DNA of 64,000 nt, from the IMG/VR virus record IMGVR_UViG_3300021559_000316; one strand, written 5' to 3'. The stretch comes from an uncultured virus (IMG/VR IMGVR_UViG_3300021559_000316) (Duplodnaviria; Heunggongvirae; Uroviricota; Caudoviricetes). Positions within the stretch are counted from its first letter, which is position 1. Every line of letters begins with the position of its first letter. Below are positions 27,915 through 39,880 of this stretch, in pieces. The notes below the pieces were generated by a model. That model did not search any database. It saw nothing but the letters and a program-made list of their open reading frames with translations, and had not been told where the DNA came from. The position numbers and the translations under genes were made by a program.

Positions 27915-28793
27915 CTACGGCCCCGTGCCGACGAGCCGGAACTGCGGTTGACCGAGAATCTGCGATCCGGTCTGAACGATCGCAGATAGATGGATCGATG
28001 ACGGGAAGGCGCCCGTTCCCGACGCGAAGAGACCATCGACGAAATACTGCGAGTAGTTGCCCGTGCCGCCCGGTGGGCCAACGATCGACACGGCCGAGTT
28101 GCCGAACATCGTCATACCGCCGGTCGTTCCGGCCGGGCCGTTGATCGAACCCATGATCGCCATCAGGTACTCGCCGGGCGTAAGATTCCACGTTCCGAGT
28201 GACATCGTGCGCCAGCGCGTGCCGCTCTGTCCCGGATAGTTCGACGCACTAGATGCCGTCGTCGTCGCGTTCCACGAGACCGACACCGAGCCCGAGCTGA
28301 CCGACGACGCCGTCGATCCAGCAAACGTGTAGATCGCGGCCGACAACGAGAACGTGCCGGCCGTCGATGCGGCGACCGTCAAGTTCGCGAGCATGTCTAG
28401 CTCGGTCGCACTGATCTGGAACGGCACCGAGAACCGCCGGATCGACATGTTCACCGAGCCCGACGACGGCACCAGCGAGAACGATCCGGCGATCTCGGCG
28501 TCGGGCCGAAACAACGAGACCGACGGCAGCTGCGCCGTGATCGTACCGTTCGACAACCCGAACGAGATGCCGTTGGAGTTGGAGAACACGATCGTCCCAG
28601 CCGTTCCGGTAGACGTTCCGGCCGCGATCCCACCAAAGGCGCCGCTCGCTGTGATGATGCTCGAACTCGCCGACGCCGACATCCCGAACGAGATGTTGTT
28701 GGAGTTGGAGAATACGACGGTGCCCGTCTGAGCCAGACCCGTGCCGGCGGAGATGTTGACGCCGAGGCGCTGAGAAGGAAATCCTTGGCCCAT
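27915..28793 (-). CDS. S/T/G-rich fibre-like protein, paralog 1
   Basis: same repeats; GGAG SD; ends FRLVGTGP. Confidence 0.75.
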   Translation of the reverse strand: MGQGFPSQRLGVNISAGTGLAQTGTVVFSNSNNISFGMSASASSSIITASGAFGGIAAGTSTGTAGTIVFSNSNGISFGLSNGTITAQLPSVSLFRPDAEIAGSFSLVPSSGSVNMSIRRFSVPFQISATELDMLANLTVAASTAGTFSLSAAIYTFAGSTASSVSSGSVSVSWNATTTASSASNYPGQSGTRWRTMSLGTWNLTPGEYLMAIMGSINGPAGTTGGMTMFGNSAVSIVGPPGGTGNYSQYFVDGLFASGTGAFPSSIHLSAIVQTGSQILGQPQFRLVGTGP

Positions 28794-28807
28794 CTAGATC
28801 TCCATCA

Positions 28808-29509
28808 TCATGATAACATTCCACCCGATCCGTTGAAGGCGATGTTGCCGTTCGTCGACTGCACGACGATCGAGTCGCCAGCATTGAGCACGATCGGCGT
28901 GTTCAAGAGATATGGATCGAATTCGTCGACGGTCATGTCGCAGATGATCAAGAACTGATCGATCGGGGCGACCACCGATTGCCCGCTGGGCACGACCCAC
29001 ACGCGGATCGTGTCATCGGATCCAGATCCCGCCTTGGTCGTGTTGCACGCGGTGATCCACGCGGACATCGTCGGAACGGCACCAGCAGCCGTGTAGAGGA
29101 CCGTAGGCGTCGCCGCCGCCGGCTTGATGCCGCCGAAGGAGACGTACGTTCCAAGAAAAGTTTCTCCAACGGACAGCTTCAGGCCGGTTCCGTTGAACGC
29201 AACATTGCCGTTCTGCGAGTAGACCTGGATGAAGTCGCCAGCATTGAGGATGACTGGCGTGTTCATCACGTAGGGATCGAACTCGTCGACGACCATGTCG
29301 CAGATGAGGAGATACCGATCGGCAGCAACTTGGCCGGACGGGATCACGTAGACGCGAATCGAATCGTCTTGCCCAGCACCGAGCTTGGTCGTGTTACACG
29401 CGGAGAGCCACCCAAGCAGCGTCATCGTCGCGGCCGGCGACGTGAATAGCGTCGTATTCGTCGCCGCCGCCGGCTTGATGCCACCAAATGGTGAGTAGGT
29501 CTGGGTCAT
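28808..29509 (-). CDS. structural protein made of two tandem beta-rich domains
   Basis: FGGIKPAAAT..ACNTTK..DEFDPY..LNAGD..NGN.AFNG occurs twice. Confidence 0.8.
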   Translation of the reverse strand: MTQTYSPFGGIKPAAATNTTLFTSPAATMTLLGWLSACNTTKLGAGQDDSIRVYVIPSGQVAADRYLLICDMVVDEFDPYVMNTPVILNAGDFIQVYSQNGNVAFNGTGLKLSVGETFLGTYVSFGGIKPAAATPTVLYTAAGAVPTMSAWITACNTTKAGSGSDDTIRVWVVPSGQSVVAPIDQFLIICDMTVDEFDPYLLNTPIVLNAGDSIVVQSTNGNIAFNGSGGMLS

Positions 29510-32472
<2,963 letters not shown>

Positions 32473-32489
32473 CGGATCTCATCGTACCG

Positions 32490-33020
32490 CTAGCGCGTGT
32501 TCGACGGCGGTGCGACCTGCAAGAGGAAGCCCTGGAACACGACCTCGACGCGCAAGTTCGCGAGCGCGTTGTTCGGCGGCGACGCCGGGATCTGCCCACC
32601 GTCCCACGTCGGCAGGACGAGCGAGTCGACGATGACCTGCAAGCCCTCCGATCGCACGAGGTAATACGGGTCGGCCCACTCCCACGTGCGCTCCGAGCTG
32701 CCCTTGGTGATCACGTTCATCAGCGTCGGGTTCTTCGTCATGATGACGTTCTTCCCGAAGTCGTTGATGCGCAGACGGATCAGCTCGGAGAGCGTGTCCT
32801 CAGCCATCTGGTTGGGCTGGACGTTCTTCGAGCTGTCGAGACCAGTGACCCGCGGGATCATCCGGTGACACTCGAGCGGCATGTCGACGTTGTTCGTGAA
32901 CGTCGCATCGGGGAACTGCACGCCCGACTGGCTGCCGGCGATGATCAGCTCGCCCTCCATCGTGTAGGGGATGCGCATCGTGATGACGCGCCCAGCCCAC
33001 TTGTCCGGTAGACGACCCAT
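32490..33020 (-). CDS. candidate small single-jelly-roll capsid protein
   Basis: 176 aa, beta-rich; PY.. start, PYYL..SEGLQV, terminal VVFQGFLL strand; GAGGAG SD. Confidence 0.5.
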   Translation of the reverse strand: MGRLPDKWAGRVITMRIPYTMEGELIIAGSQSGVQFPDATFTNNVDMPLECHRMIPRVTGLDSSKNVQPNQMAEDTLSELIRLRINDFGKNVIMTKNPTLMNVITKGSSERTWEWADPYYLVRSEGLQVIVDSLVLPTWDGGQIPASPPNNALANLRVEVVFQGFLLQVAPPSNTR

Positions 33021-33096
33021 GAAAGCTCCTCGTCGCCGTTTGAATTTGATGGCGACACCGCGAGCCTATCACGGATCTGCGAAGACTCGTGATCCG

Positions 33097-34059
33097 TCAG
33101 TCGTACGCTTGGACATAGAACGAGCAGAACGACGCCGCGCCGAGCGTCGAGTTCGAGTTGAGCGTCAGGTAGTCGATGTTGGCGTTGTCGAGTTCGAAGC
33201 GCGCCGTTTGGCCGGCGGCGACGCCCGTCGCGGTGGCCTCGGTGGTCTCGCGGTTGGGGAAGTGATCCGTCAGGCTGATGATCGGACCCAGCGCACGAAG
33301 CGCGCCGATGCGGAAGTTCGCAATGTCGTCCATCACCATCTCGATGATGATGTGCTTGCGCCCGTAGACTGGGATCTGCGCCGTAACCGCTTCGGCCATG
33401 CTACCGAAGTTCGCCGTCGTGGTGGCCTTCACGATCTGCGGGAACCGCTTGGTCGGCGGCAGCGTGGTGGGCTGCTTCAAGTAGAGCAACAAGTGAAGCA
33501 TCGGCCCAATGAACACGCCGGCCGCTGCGCCGACACCGAGAACGCGCGTGTGCGAGTTGTCGGCGTTTCGATAGGTCGCCGGCAGAACGGTGGAGTCTGC
33601 CGTGCTCGGCCCTCCACCGGGCACGGTGACGAGTGAGCTGGCGAACACGTAGAGGTTGCCCTGCGTGAGCGCGAGCAACGGATCACCTGTCGTACCGATC
33701 GTTCCGGGATTGGCCGGAAGTGCGGTCAGAAGTGGATTGTCGAGCGAGACACGCTTGAGGGCTATCGACTTCGAAAAGTTCGCCGAGTCCACTGGCTTCT
33801 CTGAGAACCATGACAGCCACGCGCGATCGACCGTCGATAGAGGACCAATCGCAACACCAGCGAGCGACGGAAGCCCAGCTTGACCTTTGATCGGAAACTG
33901 CAAGTTGCCGTTGACGGCATCGTCGTTCGAGCCCCAACCGGCAGGAAAAATCGGGGCTGAATCACCCAACCCACCGAGGGGCCCGACGAGCGCGTCGTAG
34001 ACGTCTAGGTGACCGTTGATCGCATCGGTGATCGTGAAGTTTGGCGTTTGCCAGGTCAT
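33097..34059 (-). CDS. putative virion structural protein (penton/spike candidate)
   Basis: beta-rich, 320 aa, in capsid operon; LGGLGD motif near N-terminus. Confidence 0.55.
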   Translation of the reverse strand: MTWQTPNFTITDAINGHLDVYDALVGPLGGLGDSAPIFPAGWGSNDDAVNGNLQFPIKGQAGLPSLAGVAIGPLSTVDRAWLSWFSEKPVDSANFSKSIALKRVSLDNPLLTALPANPGTIGTTGDPLLALTQGNLYVFASSLVTVPGGGPSTADSTVLPATYRNADNSHTRVLGVGAAAGVFIGPMLHLLLYLKQPTTLPPTKRFPQIVKATTTANFGSMAEAVTAQIPVYGRKHIIIEMVMDDIANFRIGALRALGPIISLTDHFPNRETTEATATGVAAGQTARFELDNANIDYLTLNSNSTLGAASFCSFYVQAYD

Positions 34060-34373
34060 GCGCCGAAGCTCCCGCTGATCGCTTCCGAGATCGCGATCGA
34101 GATCATGCCGCCACCACCCACGCCGGCCGCGAAGATGCCTTGCTTGGGAGCAAGCACGAAAACCTCCGACGCACCGGTCGGCAGAAGGAACGTGTTGGCG
34201 ACCGCGGGCGCGTTTTCGAGTGTTCCCGCATCGTGCGCGAGCACGACCGGCACCGCTCCGACGTTGCGGACGACCACGCGAAACGGTTTGTCGGTTGCGT
34301 AGGCGAGCGTCGCTGGGTTGTTACTGCCGATTGGCGGCAGCGTGACCGTGTTGAGCTGCGAGCCCGTGCTCAT
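34056..34373 (-). CDS. small beta-sandwich structural protein
   Basis: 105 aa of alternating hydrophobic strands; GGGGAG SD. Confidence 0.6.
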   Translation of the reverse strand: MSTGSQLNTVTLPPIGSNNPATLAYATDKPFRVVVRNVGAVPVVLAHDAGTLENAPAVANTFLLPTGASEVFVLAPKQGIFAAGVGGGGMISIAISEAISGSFGA

Positions 34374-34397
34374 TGTCGGACTCCCCGAGTAGAACCG

Positions 34398-34772
34398 ATG
34401 TCACTCCGTCCCGACATGCTCATGACGACTCGAAAACCCTATCACGGGCAGGACGGGCCCGTCACCTTTGGCAGACCCGTGATCGGTCCACGCGTCTATC
34501 TCGTGCAGGGCCCGTCGGGCTGGTCGGAGACGTACCAACGCAAGATCGCCGACAAGGCGCTCGCCGACTTCATTGCGCCGCTCGATCTCGACGAGATCAT
34601 CACGTCGTTTTGGACGTCGATGGATCTCTCGGCCCGGAAAGAAAACTGGGAGGACGTCGTCAGCTACTTGGGCGGGCTCACGCAACGCGATCCGAAGACG
34701 ATCCCCGAGATCGTTGGCGTCGCGTTCTGGGGACAAGCGCTACTCCACGAAGACAAGGAAGAGGTGAACTAG
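34398..34772 (+). CDS. hypothetical protein
   Basis: typical codon usage; TAGTG-coupled to the next gene; start uncertain. Confidence 0.55.
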   Translation: MSLRPDMLMTTRKPYHGQDGPVTFGRPVIGPRVYLVQGPSGWSETYQRKIADKALADFIAPLDLDEIITSFWTSMDLSARKENWEDVVSYLGGLTQRDPKTIPEIVGVAFWGQALLHEDKEEVN

Positions 34773-35155
34773 TGCGTCAGAATTCGATGCCCGGGATGCG
34801 CCGTGTGATCATCGAAAGCCCATACGCGGGCGACCGCGAGAAGAACTTGCGCTACCTGCAAGCGTGCATCGCCGACTGTCTCAAGCGCGGCGACGCACCG
34901 TTCGCGTCGCACGGGCTCTACCCGGGCGCGCTCGACGACAACATCCCCGAAGAGCGCCAGCTCGGGATCGAAGCCGGCTTCACGTGGCGCGACGCCGCAC
35001 ACGCCACGATCGTGTACAAAGATCTCGGCGTCACACGCGGCATGCTCCTCGGCATCGAGCACGCCGAGAAGCTGAAGCACGTGATCGAATACAGAACGCT
35101 CGGCGGCGAGTGGTCGCGCTCGGAAACTAGCTCTTCGTCGGCGGAATCCACTTGA
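34772..35155 (+). CDS. nucleoside deoxyribosyltransferase-like phage protein (DUF4406/DUF7768-type)
   Basis: VIIESPYAGD..YL..C..D..RG.APFASH.LY..VY.DLGVT.GM. Confidence 0.65.
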   Translation: MRQNSMPGMRRVIIESPYAGDREKNLRYLQACIADCLKRGDAPFASHGLYPGALDDNIPEERQLGIEAGFTWRDAAHATIVYKDLGVTRGMLLGIEHAEKLKHVIEYRTLGGEWSRSETSSSSAEST

Positions 35156-35906
35156 CGCGATCTTCGAGCGGACAACGACCGAAACCTTGAGGCGTTCCTA
35201 GCGCTTCGTCGAGCGGCCAGCCGTAACGTAGGACACGACTGGAGACTAGCTCACGACGAACACCAGCAAGATCAGCCCATTCACCGAGCGTGCGTGATTC
35301 GCCGTTCAGCTCGTAGAGGCGCGTCTTGCGCGTGTTGCGGTTCTGCTCTTCAGGTGTCGCCCAACGCAAATTTCCTGGCACGTAGCCTTTGTCGTTGTCT
35401 ACGCGATCGAGCGAGAACATACGGGACGGCTTCTCTCCGATCGCGGCGATGACATCACGTCGAAACGCCGCGTACGACTGCGCCCACACCGGATCCATCG
35501 TGATGCCCCTACCACCGTAGCTCGGATAGGAAACGTGCTCTGGGTTCAAGCAACGCTGCTTGATCTGCGTCCAGGTTCGATACAGCACAGTGAACTTCGT
35601 CCCAGCTTCGCGTGTGCCACGAGCATCTCCGTGCTTCGCTGTTTCGGCATTGCGCTCAGCTAGCTCCTCGCTGTGCGCGCAGCCGCACGACGTCGTGTTG
35701 CCGCTCTTCAGATGGTTGACCATCACATCTACGTAGAGCCCGCACGCGCATCGACACGTGATCATGCGTTGCTGGTGCTTGGTCTTGGCGCCAGTGAATG
35801 CCACCACGGTGAGCCGCCCGAAGGTCAAGCCGATCAGCTCGGTCCACGCGGGTGGGATGGGCTGTGGAGTGCCGAGGTCGGAGCGAGCATTACGAGATCT
35901 CGTCAT
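35127..35906 (-). CDS. HNH homing endonuclease
   Basis: FGRLTV..CRCACG..SCGC..QRCLNP..YGGRGI..SLDRVDNDKGY.PGNLRWAT..QNRN; TATGGT-N6-ATG. Confidence 0.85.
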   Translation of the reverse strand: MTRSRNARSDLGTPQPIPPAWTELIGLTFGRLTVVAFTGAKTKHQQRMITCRCACGLYVDVMVNHLKSGNTTSCGCAHSEELAERNAETAKHGDARGTREAGTKFTVLYRTWTQIKQRCLNPEHVSYPSYGGRGITMDPVWAQSYAAFRRDVIAAIGEKPSRMFSLDRVDNDKGYVPGNLRWATPEEQNRNTRKTRLYELNGESRTLGEWADLAGVRRELVSSRVLRYGWPLDEALGTPQGFGRCPLEDRVKWIPPTKS

Positions 35907-35948
35907 GCTCGGACCATACCTTAACGGTACGACAACAAGACCATGCCT

Positions 35949-35984
35949 AAAAAACAAAAAGGCCCGTTCCGAAGAACGAGCCTT
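35949..35984 (-). terminator. rho-independent terminator after the candidate major capsid gene
   Basis: AAGGCTCGTTC-TTCG-GAACGGGCCTT followed by TTTGTTTTT. Confidence 0.85.
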
Positions 35985-36015
35985 GACGACGTTCGCGTAA
36001 GTACGCGAAACTACC

Positions 36016-36732
36016 TCACACCACGGACCGTTTGAGCAGGCCGTACAGGTACACCTTGACGTCGGCGAACGTCAGCGGCGACGCGATCAGGCCGTCCGAC
36101 GCCGGCTGGTTGATCACGATCGGCGCCTCGGGCTGGAACGACATCTTGAACCCGAGGTTCTCACGGAGGTCGATCGGCAGCACCATCGCGTTGCGATCGC
36201 GCGGCGACGGCACGCCGTTCTGCGCCAGCTCGAACGCCGAGTTGGTCGAGAACACCCAGTAGCCGTGGCCCTGCGGGTAGTCCTGGGTCACGCCGTACGT
36301 GTAGACCTTGCCGTTGTACGTGAACTCCAGGTACGTCACGCGGTCGAAGTTGAACAGCGTGCGCAAGGTCGGCGGATCCGACAGCGCGCCCGCGCCGTCG
36401 GCGAGCGTCGGCGACGTCTGGCCCGTCGGCGGGCGCATCGCGCGCACCATCTGCACGCCGATGCCGTAGACGTACATCTCCCACGACTGCGGGAGACCCG
36501 AGTCACCGTTGCGCGGCACGTTCGTGTCGACGCGGGTCGACGCGCGCGTTCCGCCGGGGATCGGCTGGCTGCGGCCGGCGGTGAACGCCTCGACCGGCGA
36601 GGTCTGGCCGTTCACGATCTGAACGGTCGAGTAGAGCTTGTCGTCGATCCAGTCGCTGATCGCGACCGTCTGCCCGTTGGGCAGCGTGATCGTCGTGGTT
36701 CCTGGGGCAACACCAACGGTTCCGTTCGCCAT
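36016..36732 (-). CDS. candidate major capsid protein, single vertical jelly-roll type
   Basis: LYST..F..T..DTN..G.LP..M.V.GI..LEF..K.Y..YP.G.G..NG.P..I.L.E..F..V.LYG pattern recalled from SJR MCPs; strongly biased codons, strong SD, own terminator. Confidence 0.6.
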   Translation of the reverse strand: MANGTVGVAPGTTTITLPNGQTVAISDWIDDKLYSTVQIVNGQTSPVEAFTAGRSQPIPGGTRASTRVDTNVPRNGDSGLPQSWEMYVYGIGVQMVRAMRPPTGQTSPTLADGAGALSDPPTLRTLFNFDRVTYLEFTYNGKVYTYGVTQDYPQGHGYWVFSTNSAFELAQNGVPSPRDRNAMVLPIDLRENLGFKMSFQPEAPIVINQPASDGLIASPLTFADVKVYLYGLLKRSVV

Positions 36733-36818
36733 CTTCCTTCTCCTGAAAAGAGTTTCGTTGCAGCTCGACCGTGGGCATCGTTTCCCGGCGATCGAATCGG
36801 TCGCGCAACACGCGACCT

Positions 36819-36890
36819 TGGTGAGCAGCCCGGAATCGAACCGTTCCTCTCGTCGGCTACAGACGAGTGCCCTGCCAAGGGCCTCTGCTC
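36819..36890 (-). ncRNA. degenerate tRNA-like cloverleaf in the capsid-gene leader
   Basis: GAGCAG/CTGCTC-ACCA acceptor, GCCC-TTGGCA-GGGC D arm, CTCGT/ACGAG arm, CGG-TTCGATT-CCG T arm. Confidence 0.65.
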
Positions 36891-36929
36891 ACGACGAGAT
36901 CATTGATCTCGTCGACTAGTTGTCAGGGA

Positions 36930-37679
36930 TCAGCCGCGACCGCCGCCGAGCAGCGTCGCGCCGTACGCCGCCGACAGACCGTGGATCTGCGGGCCGCCGA
37001 GCAGCGAGACCTGCTGCGACTGCGCCGTCGGGTTGCCGAGCAGGTTCACCGGCGACCGCGCGTTGCCGAGCTGCGTGCCGGCGAACGCCGGACCGTGAAC
37101 GCCCGGGATCGTGCCGACCGACTGCGGCTGCGGCTGCATCGTGTGCAGCCCGAGGCCGTTCAGGTAGTGGCCGCTCGCCTGGCGCCGCATGCCGAGCCCG
37201 CCGTTGAGCGCAGAGATCTTCGGGATCCCCAGGCCGTTGAGCGCGTGGATCTTCGCGATGCCGACGCCCGACGTGCCCGGAGCGGGCAGCGTGCCGCTGG
37301 CCGCCGCGACCGTCTGCGCCGCCGCAGCCGCAGTCGCGACCGGCAGCTGCACCGTGCCGAGGAGCTTCTTCTCCAGCCACGGCAAGCCCTCGGCGAGGAA
37401 CGCGCCGACGAGCGCGCCGTACGACGCGTGGCGGGCACGCGACGGACCGCTGAACCACATGATCCCTGCCGCGCCGAGACCTGCGAGCAGGCCCCAGAAC
37501 TCGCGGTTGACCACCTGGCCGGTGAACGCGTTGACGTGGCCGATCAGGATCGACGTCCCGCCCGCGACGCCACCGCCGATGAGCGCGCCCGTGATCGGCG
37601 ACATGCCCGGGTTCTGACCGAACTCGTCGAGTCCGAGCAGCGTGGGCTGGCCCAACAGAGAATGACGCTTGCGACCCAT
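36930..37679 (-). CDS. virion membrane protein with repeated LNGLG motifs
   Basis: three N-terminal hydrophobic helices; LNGLGI, LNGGLG, LNGLGL; AGGAG SD. Confidence 0.7.
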   Translation of the reverse strand: MGRKRHSLLGQPTLLGLDEFGQNPGMSPITGALIGGGVAGGTSILIGHVNAFTGQVVNREFWGLLAGLGAAGIMWFSGPSRARHASYGALVGAFLAEGLPWLEKKLLGTVQLPVATAAAAAQTVAAASGTLPAPGTSGVGIAKIHALNGLGIPKISALNGGLGMRRQASGHYLNGLGLHTMQPQPQSVGTIPGVHGPAFAGTQLGNARSPVNLLGNPTAQSQQVSLLGGPQIHGLSAAYGATLLGGGRG

Positions 37680-37690
37680 GACGTGTCTCC

Positions 37691-37861
37691 TTACTTGGTC
37701 TTGATCGGGTTAGAACACTTGCCTCGGAACTTGATGCCGCTGCGACTTTCGCTTCGAGAGACCTTGCAGACCGAGACGCCCCTGCCGGTCCTCTTGTTGA
37801 GAATGCACACGCACTCGCCGAGCTTCAGATCGGCAGTCGGACCCCTCTTTACCCGTTCCAC
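37691..37861 (-). CDS. small basic Cys-containing protein
   Basis: ..GECVCILNKRTGRGVSVCK..SGIKFRGKC..; fills the gap between two genes; start uncertain. Confidence 0.4.
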   Translation of the reverse strand: MERVKRGPTADLKLGECVCILNKRTGRGVSVCKVSRSESRSGIKFRGKCSNPIKTK

Positions 37862-38340
37862 CGCATGTTCCAGAACTGGTTCCACGACTGGCCCGCGTGC
37901 GCGCGGGCGTAGCCCTGCTCCATGCCTCCCGACATGAGCAGCGACGCCATCGCCGCCTTGTTGACCTGCACCGGCTCGATCTGGAGACCGATCTGCGGGT
38001 AGGCCACACCGATCATGTGTGCGTCGCCGAGGCCACCAAAGCCCTCGTGGAAGTTGTAGCCGGCGCCGGCCATGCCCTTGCGAGCACGCCACGCCTTGAA
38101 GCGCAGCCACCACTTCTGGAGCAGGCCCATGTTGTTCGCGCCGAACGCGGCGCCCAGGCCCGACATGCCGACAGACGGCGGCACCGACATGTCGATCGGG
38201 TACTGCGTGAACGCCGCAGCGACGTCCTCTACGTCCTGGTTCGGATCGTAGTTCATCGTCGACGTCAGAACGCCCGTGCGATACACGCGATCGGGCCGCA
38301 CGTAGTGAGAACCTCCGCCGTGCCTCGTGATCGTCTGCAT
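37849..38340 (-). CDS. putative virion protein with MSGLG/FGGLG motifs
   Basis: TTGACA-N18-TACCAC-N6-ATG promoter; biased codons. Confidence 0.7.
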   Translation of the reverse strand: MQTITRHGGGSHYVRPDRVYRTGVLTSTMNYDPNQDVEDVAAAFTQYPIDMSVPPSVGMSGLGAAFGANNMGLLQKWWLRFKAWRARKGMAGAGYNFHEGFGGLGDAHMIGVAYPQIGLQIEPVQVNKAAMASLLMSGGMEQGYARAHAGQSWNQFWNMRWNG

Positions 38341-38465
38341 ACTCTTGTGGTACCTCGGCTAGTCGTAACTTGTCAATATCACTACAAATTTTGTCACTAG
38401 TGGCCAAGTGATCGAGGCTAACGTATCGACGGATCAAAGCTCTCGAACATGTACTGTCCAGACTT

Positions 38466-39050
38466 TTGATCCCAAAAGGTGAGAGAAAGAAGAGAGTGAA
38501 GCCGTCGGTCTACTTCGTCGCCAGCTTCGATTTGACGAGGGTCAAGATCGGCAAGACCACAGATCTTCGAATTCGCACCAGAGATCTACAGTGCATGTCA
38601 CCTGATCCGGTTCTTCTCGTCGCCGAGATCGATGGATACACGCACGTTGAGCGCTGGCTCCACGAGCGCTTCGAAGCCGAACGGCTGCACGGCGAGTGGT
38701 TCTTCGTCAGCGATGCGATCGCGTCGTTGATCCTCGCGATTCAATCGTCGGGAAGAAGTTTCGTTTCAGAGCTGTGCCCAGATGCGCTCGCAAAGGACGA
38801 GATCACTGTCGCAGTCGACTACGCCCACCTCACGCTGGACATGGTGCAAGAGGCTCGTGGGAGGTTCGAGCACGGTGAAGCGTTCGCGTCGATCATCAAA
38901 CGCTTCCCGACCGTCAGGCAGCTGGATCTTGGTCGAGCGATCTACGGAGTCACCTGGAAGCAGCTACCGCTTCTCGAAGGCCTACCCAAGCGAACGCAAC
39001 GCAGATTTACGTCCATCCTTCGCCCGAAACGCCTACGAAAAGTCGCTTGA
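38466..39050 (+). CDS. T5orf172/GIY-YIG-like nuclease-domain protein
   Basis: VYF..VKIGKT..R..LQC.SP..ERWLH.RF..RLHGEWF. Confidence 0.8.
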   Translation: MIPKGERKKRVKPSVYFVASFDLTRVKIGKTTDLRIRTRDLQCMSPDPVLLVAEIDGYTHVERWLHERFEAERLHGEWFFVSDAIASLILAIQSSGRSFVSELCPDALAKDEITVAVDYAHLTLDMVQEARGRFEHGEAFASIIKRFPTVRQLDLGRAIYGVTWKQLPLLEGLPKRTQRRFTSILRPKRLRKVA

Positions 39051-39590
39051 GTGCTCCTGATCTCACCCTCGACCGCTGCTGCGCTCGCCCCTCACGCCAC
39101 AGAGGGCTCTTGGATCATGTTCGTCCAGGTAGTCGTTCCTAGCCTGCCCTACGGCCCGATCAAGATCGAGGGTGTTGTAGGTCAGCAGCTCGCACCACGC
39201 CTCACGAAGCTCACCGAAGAAAACGCCTTCGAGCTGCTACTGATCGGTTTGATACCGTCCGACGATACGGAGAACGATCTCAACATGCTCACCGAGATGT
39301 TCGCGAACTCGCGAATGCATCATTCTTGGTTCGAGCCGGATCCTGAGCTGATCTCGTTGATCGCGAATCGCGCGCAGGACGCGATCACGGCGTTGCTCGC
39401 CCAAACGCACCCGGGCGCGATGGTCGACGCTCCCGTCGACATCGATGAGATCTCGGAGATCCTCGGCGTCTCGACCAAGACGGTTCGACGCATGGTCAAA
39501 GCGGAACAGATCCCGTACTTGCGTTGGGGTCGAACGCTTCGATTCATTCCTGCGGACGTGCTCGCGACCCTACGACGACAAGAGCGCTAG
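39051..39590 (+). CDS. degenerate T5orf172-like domain fused to an excisionase-type HTH
   Basis: PIKI..RMHHSWF; EISEILGVSTKTVRRMV..IP..RWGR.LRF. Confidence 0.7.
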   Translation: MLLISPSTAAALAPHATEGSWIMFVQVVVPSLPYGPIKIEGVVGQQLAPRLTKLTEENAFELLLIGLIPSDDTENDLNMLTEMFANSRMHHSWFEPDPELISLIANRAQDAITALLAQTHPGAMVDAPVDIDEISEILGVSTKTVRRMVKAEQIPYLRWGRTLRFIPADVLATLRRQER

Positions 39591-39868
39591 CGACGCTTGC
39601 GACGACGAGCGAACCAGACCCCAGCACCGAGCGCGAGGATCGCCACGATCGGAATCACGAGCCCGCTCGACGACGCGCCGTGAAGCGCGCGTGCTCTAAC
39701 GACGGATCGCGGCGACGCCGTGTGTACGGGCCCGACGTTCTCCGCGTAGTAGAGCCCGGCGGAGCTACCGCACGAGGTACTACCGTCGCTGTAGTAGGCG
39801 CAGCATTCGGGCCCCGCCTTCGTCGGATGACACTCGATCGAGGTGCCGAGCTGCGACTGGATTTGCAC
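39587..39868 (-). CDS. small Cys-rich membrane protein
   Basis: QLG motif, 4 Cys, C-terminal TM + RRRKRR; GTGATACCCT-N6-GTG. Confidence 0.7.
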   Translation of the reverse strand: MQIQSQLGTSIECHPTKAGPECCAYYSDGSTSCGSSAGLYYAENVGPVHTASPRSVVRARALHGASSSGLVIPIVAILALGAGVWFARRRKRR

Positions 39869-39880
39869 GCTGCGAGGGTA

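Noticed and set aside
36819..36890. Calling the cloverleaf a functional tRNA-Tyr or an att site
   Set aside because: Stem lengths and anticodon loop are non-canonical; no integrase or duplicated tRNA end seen in the window.
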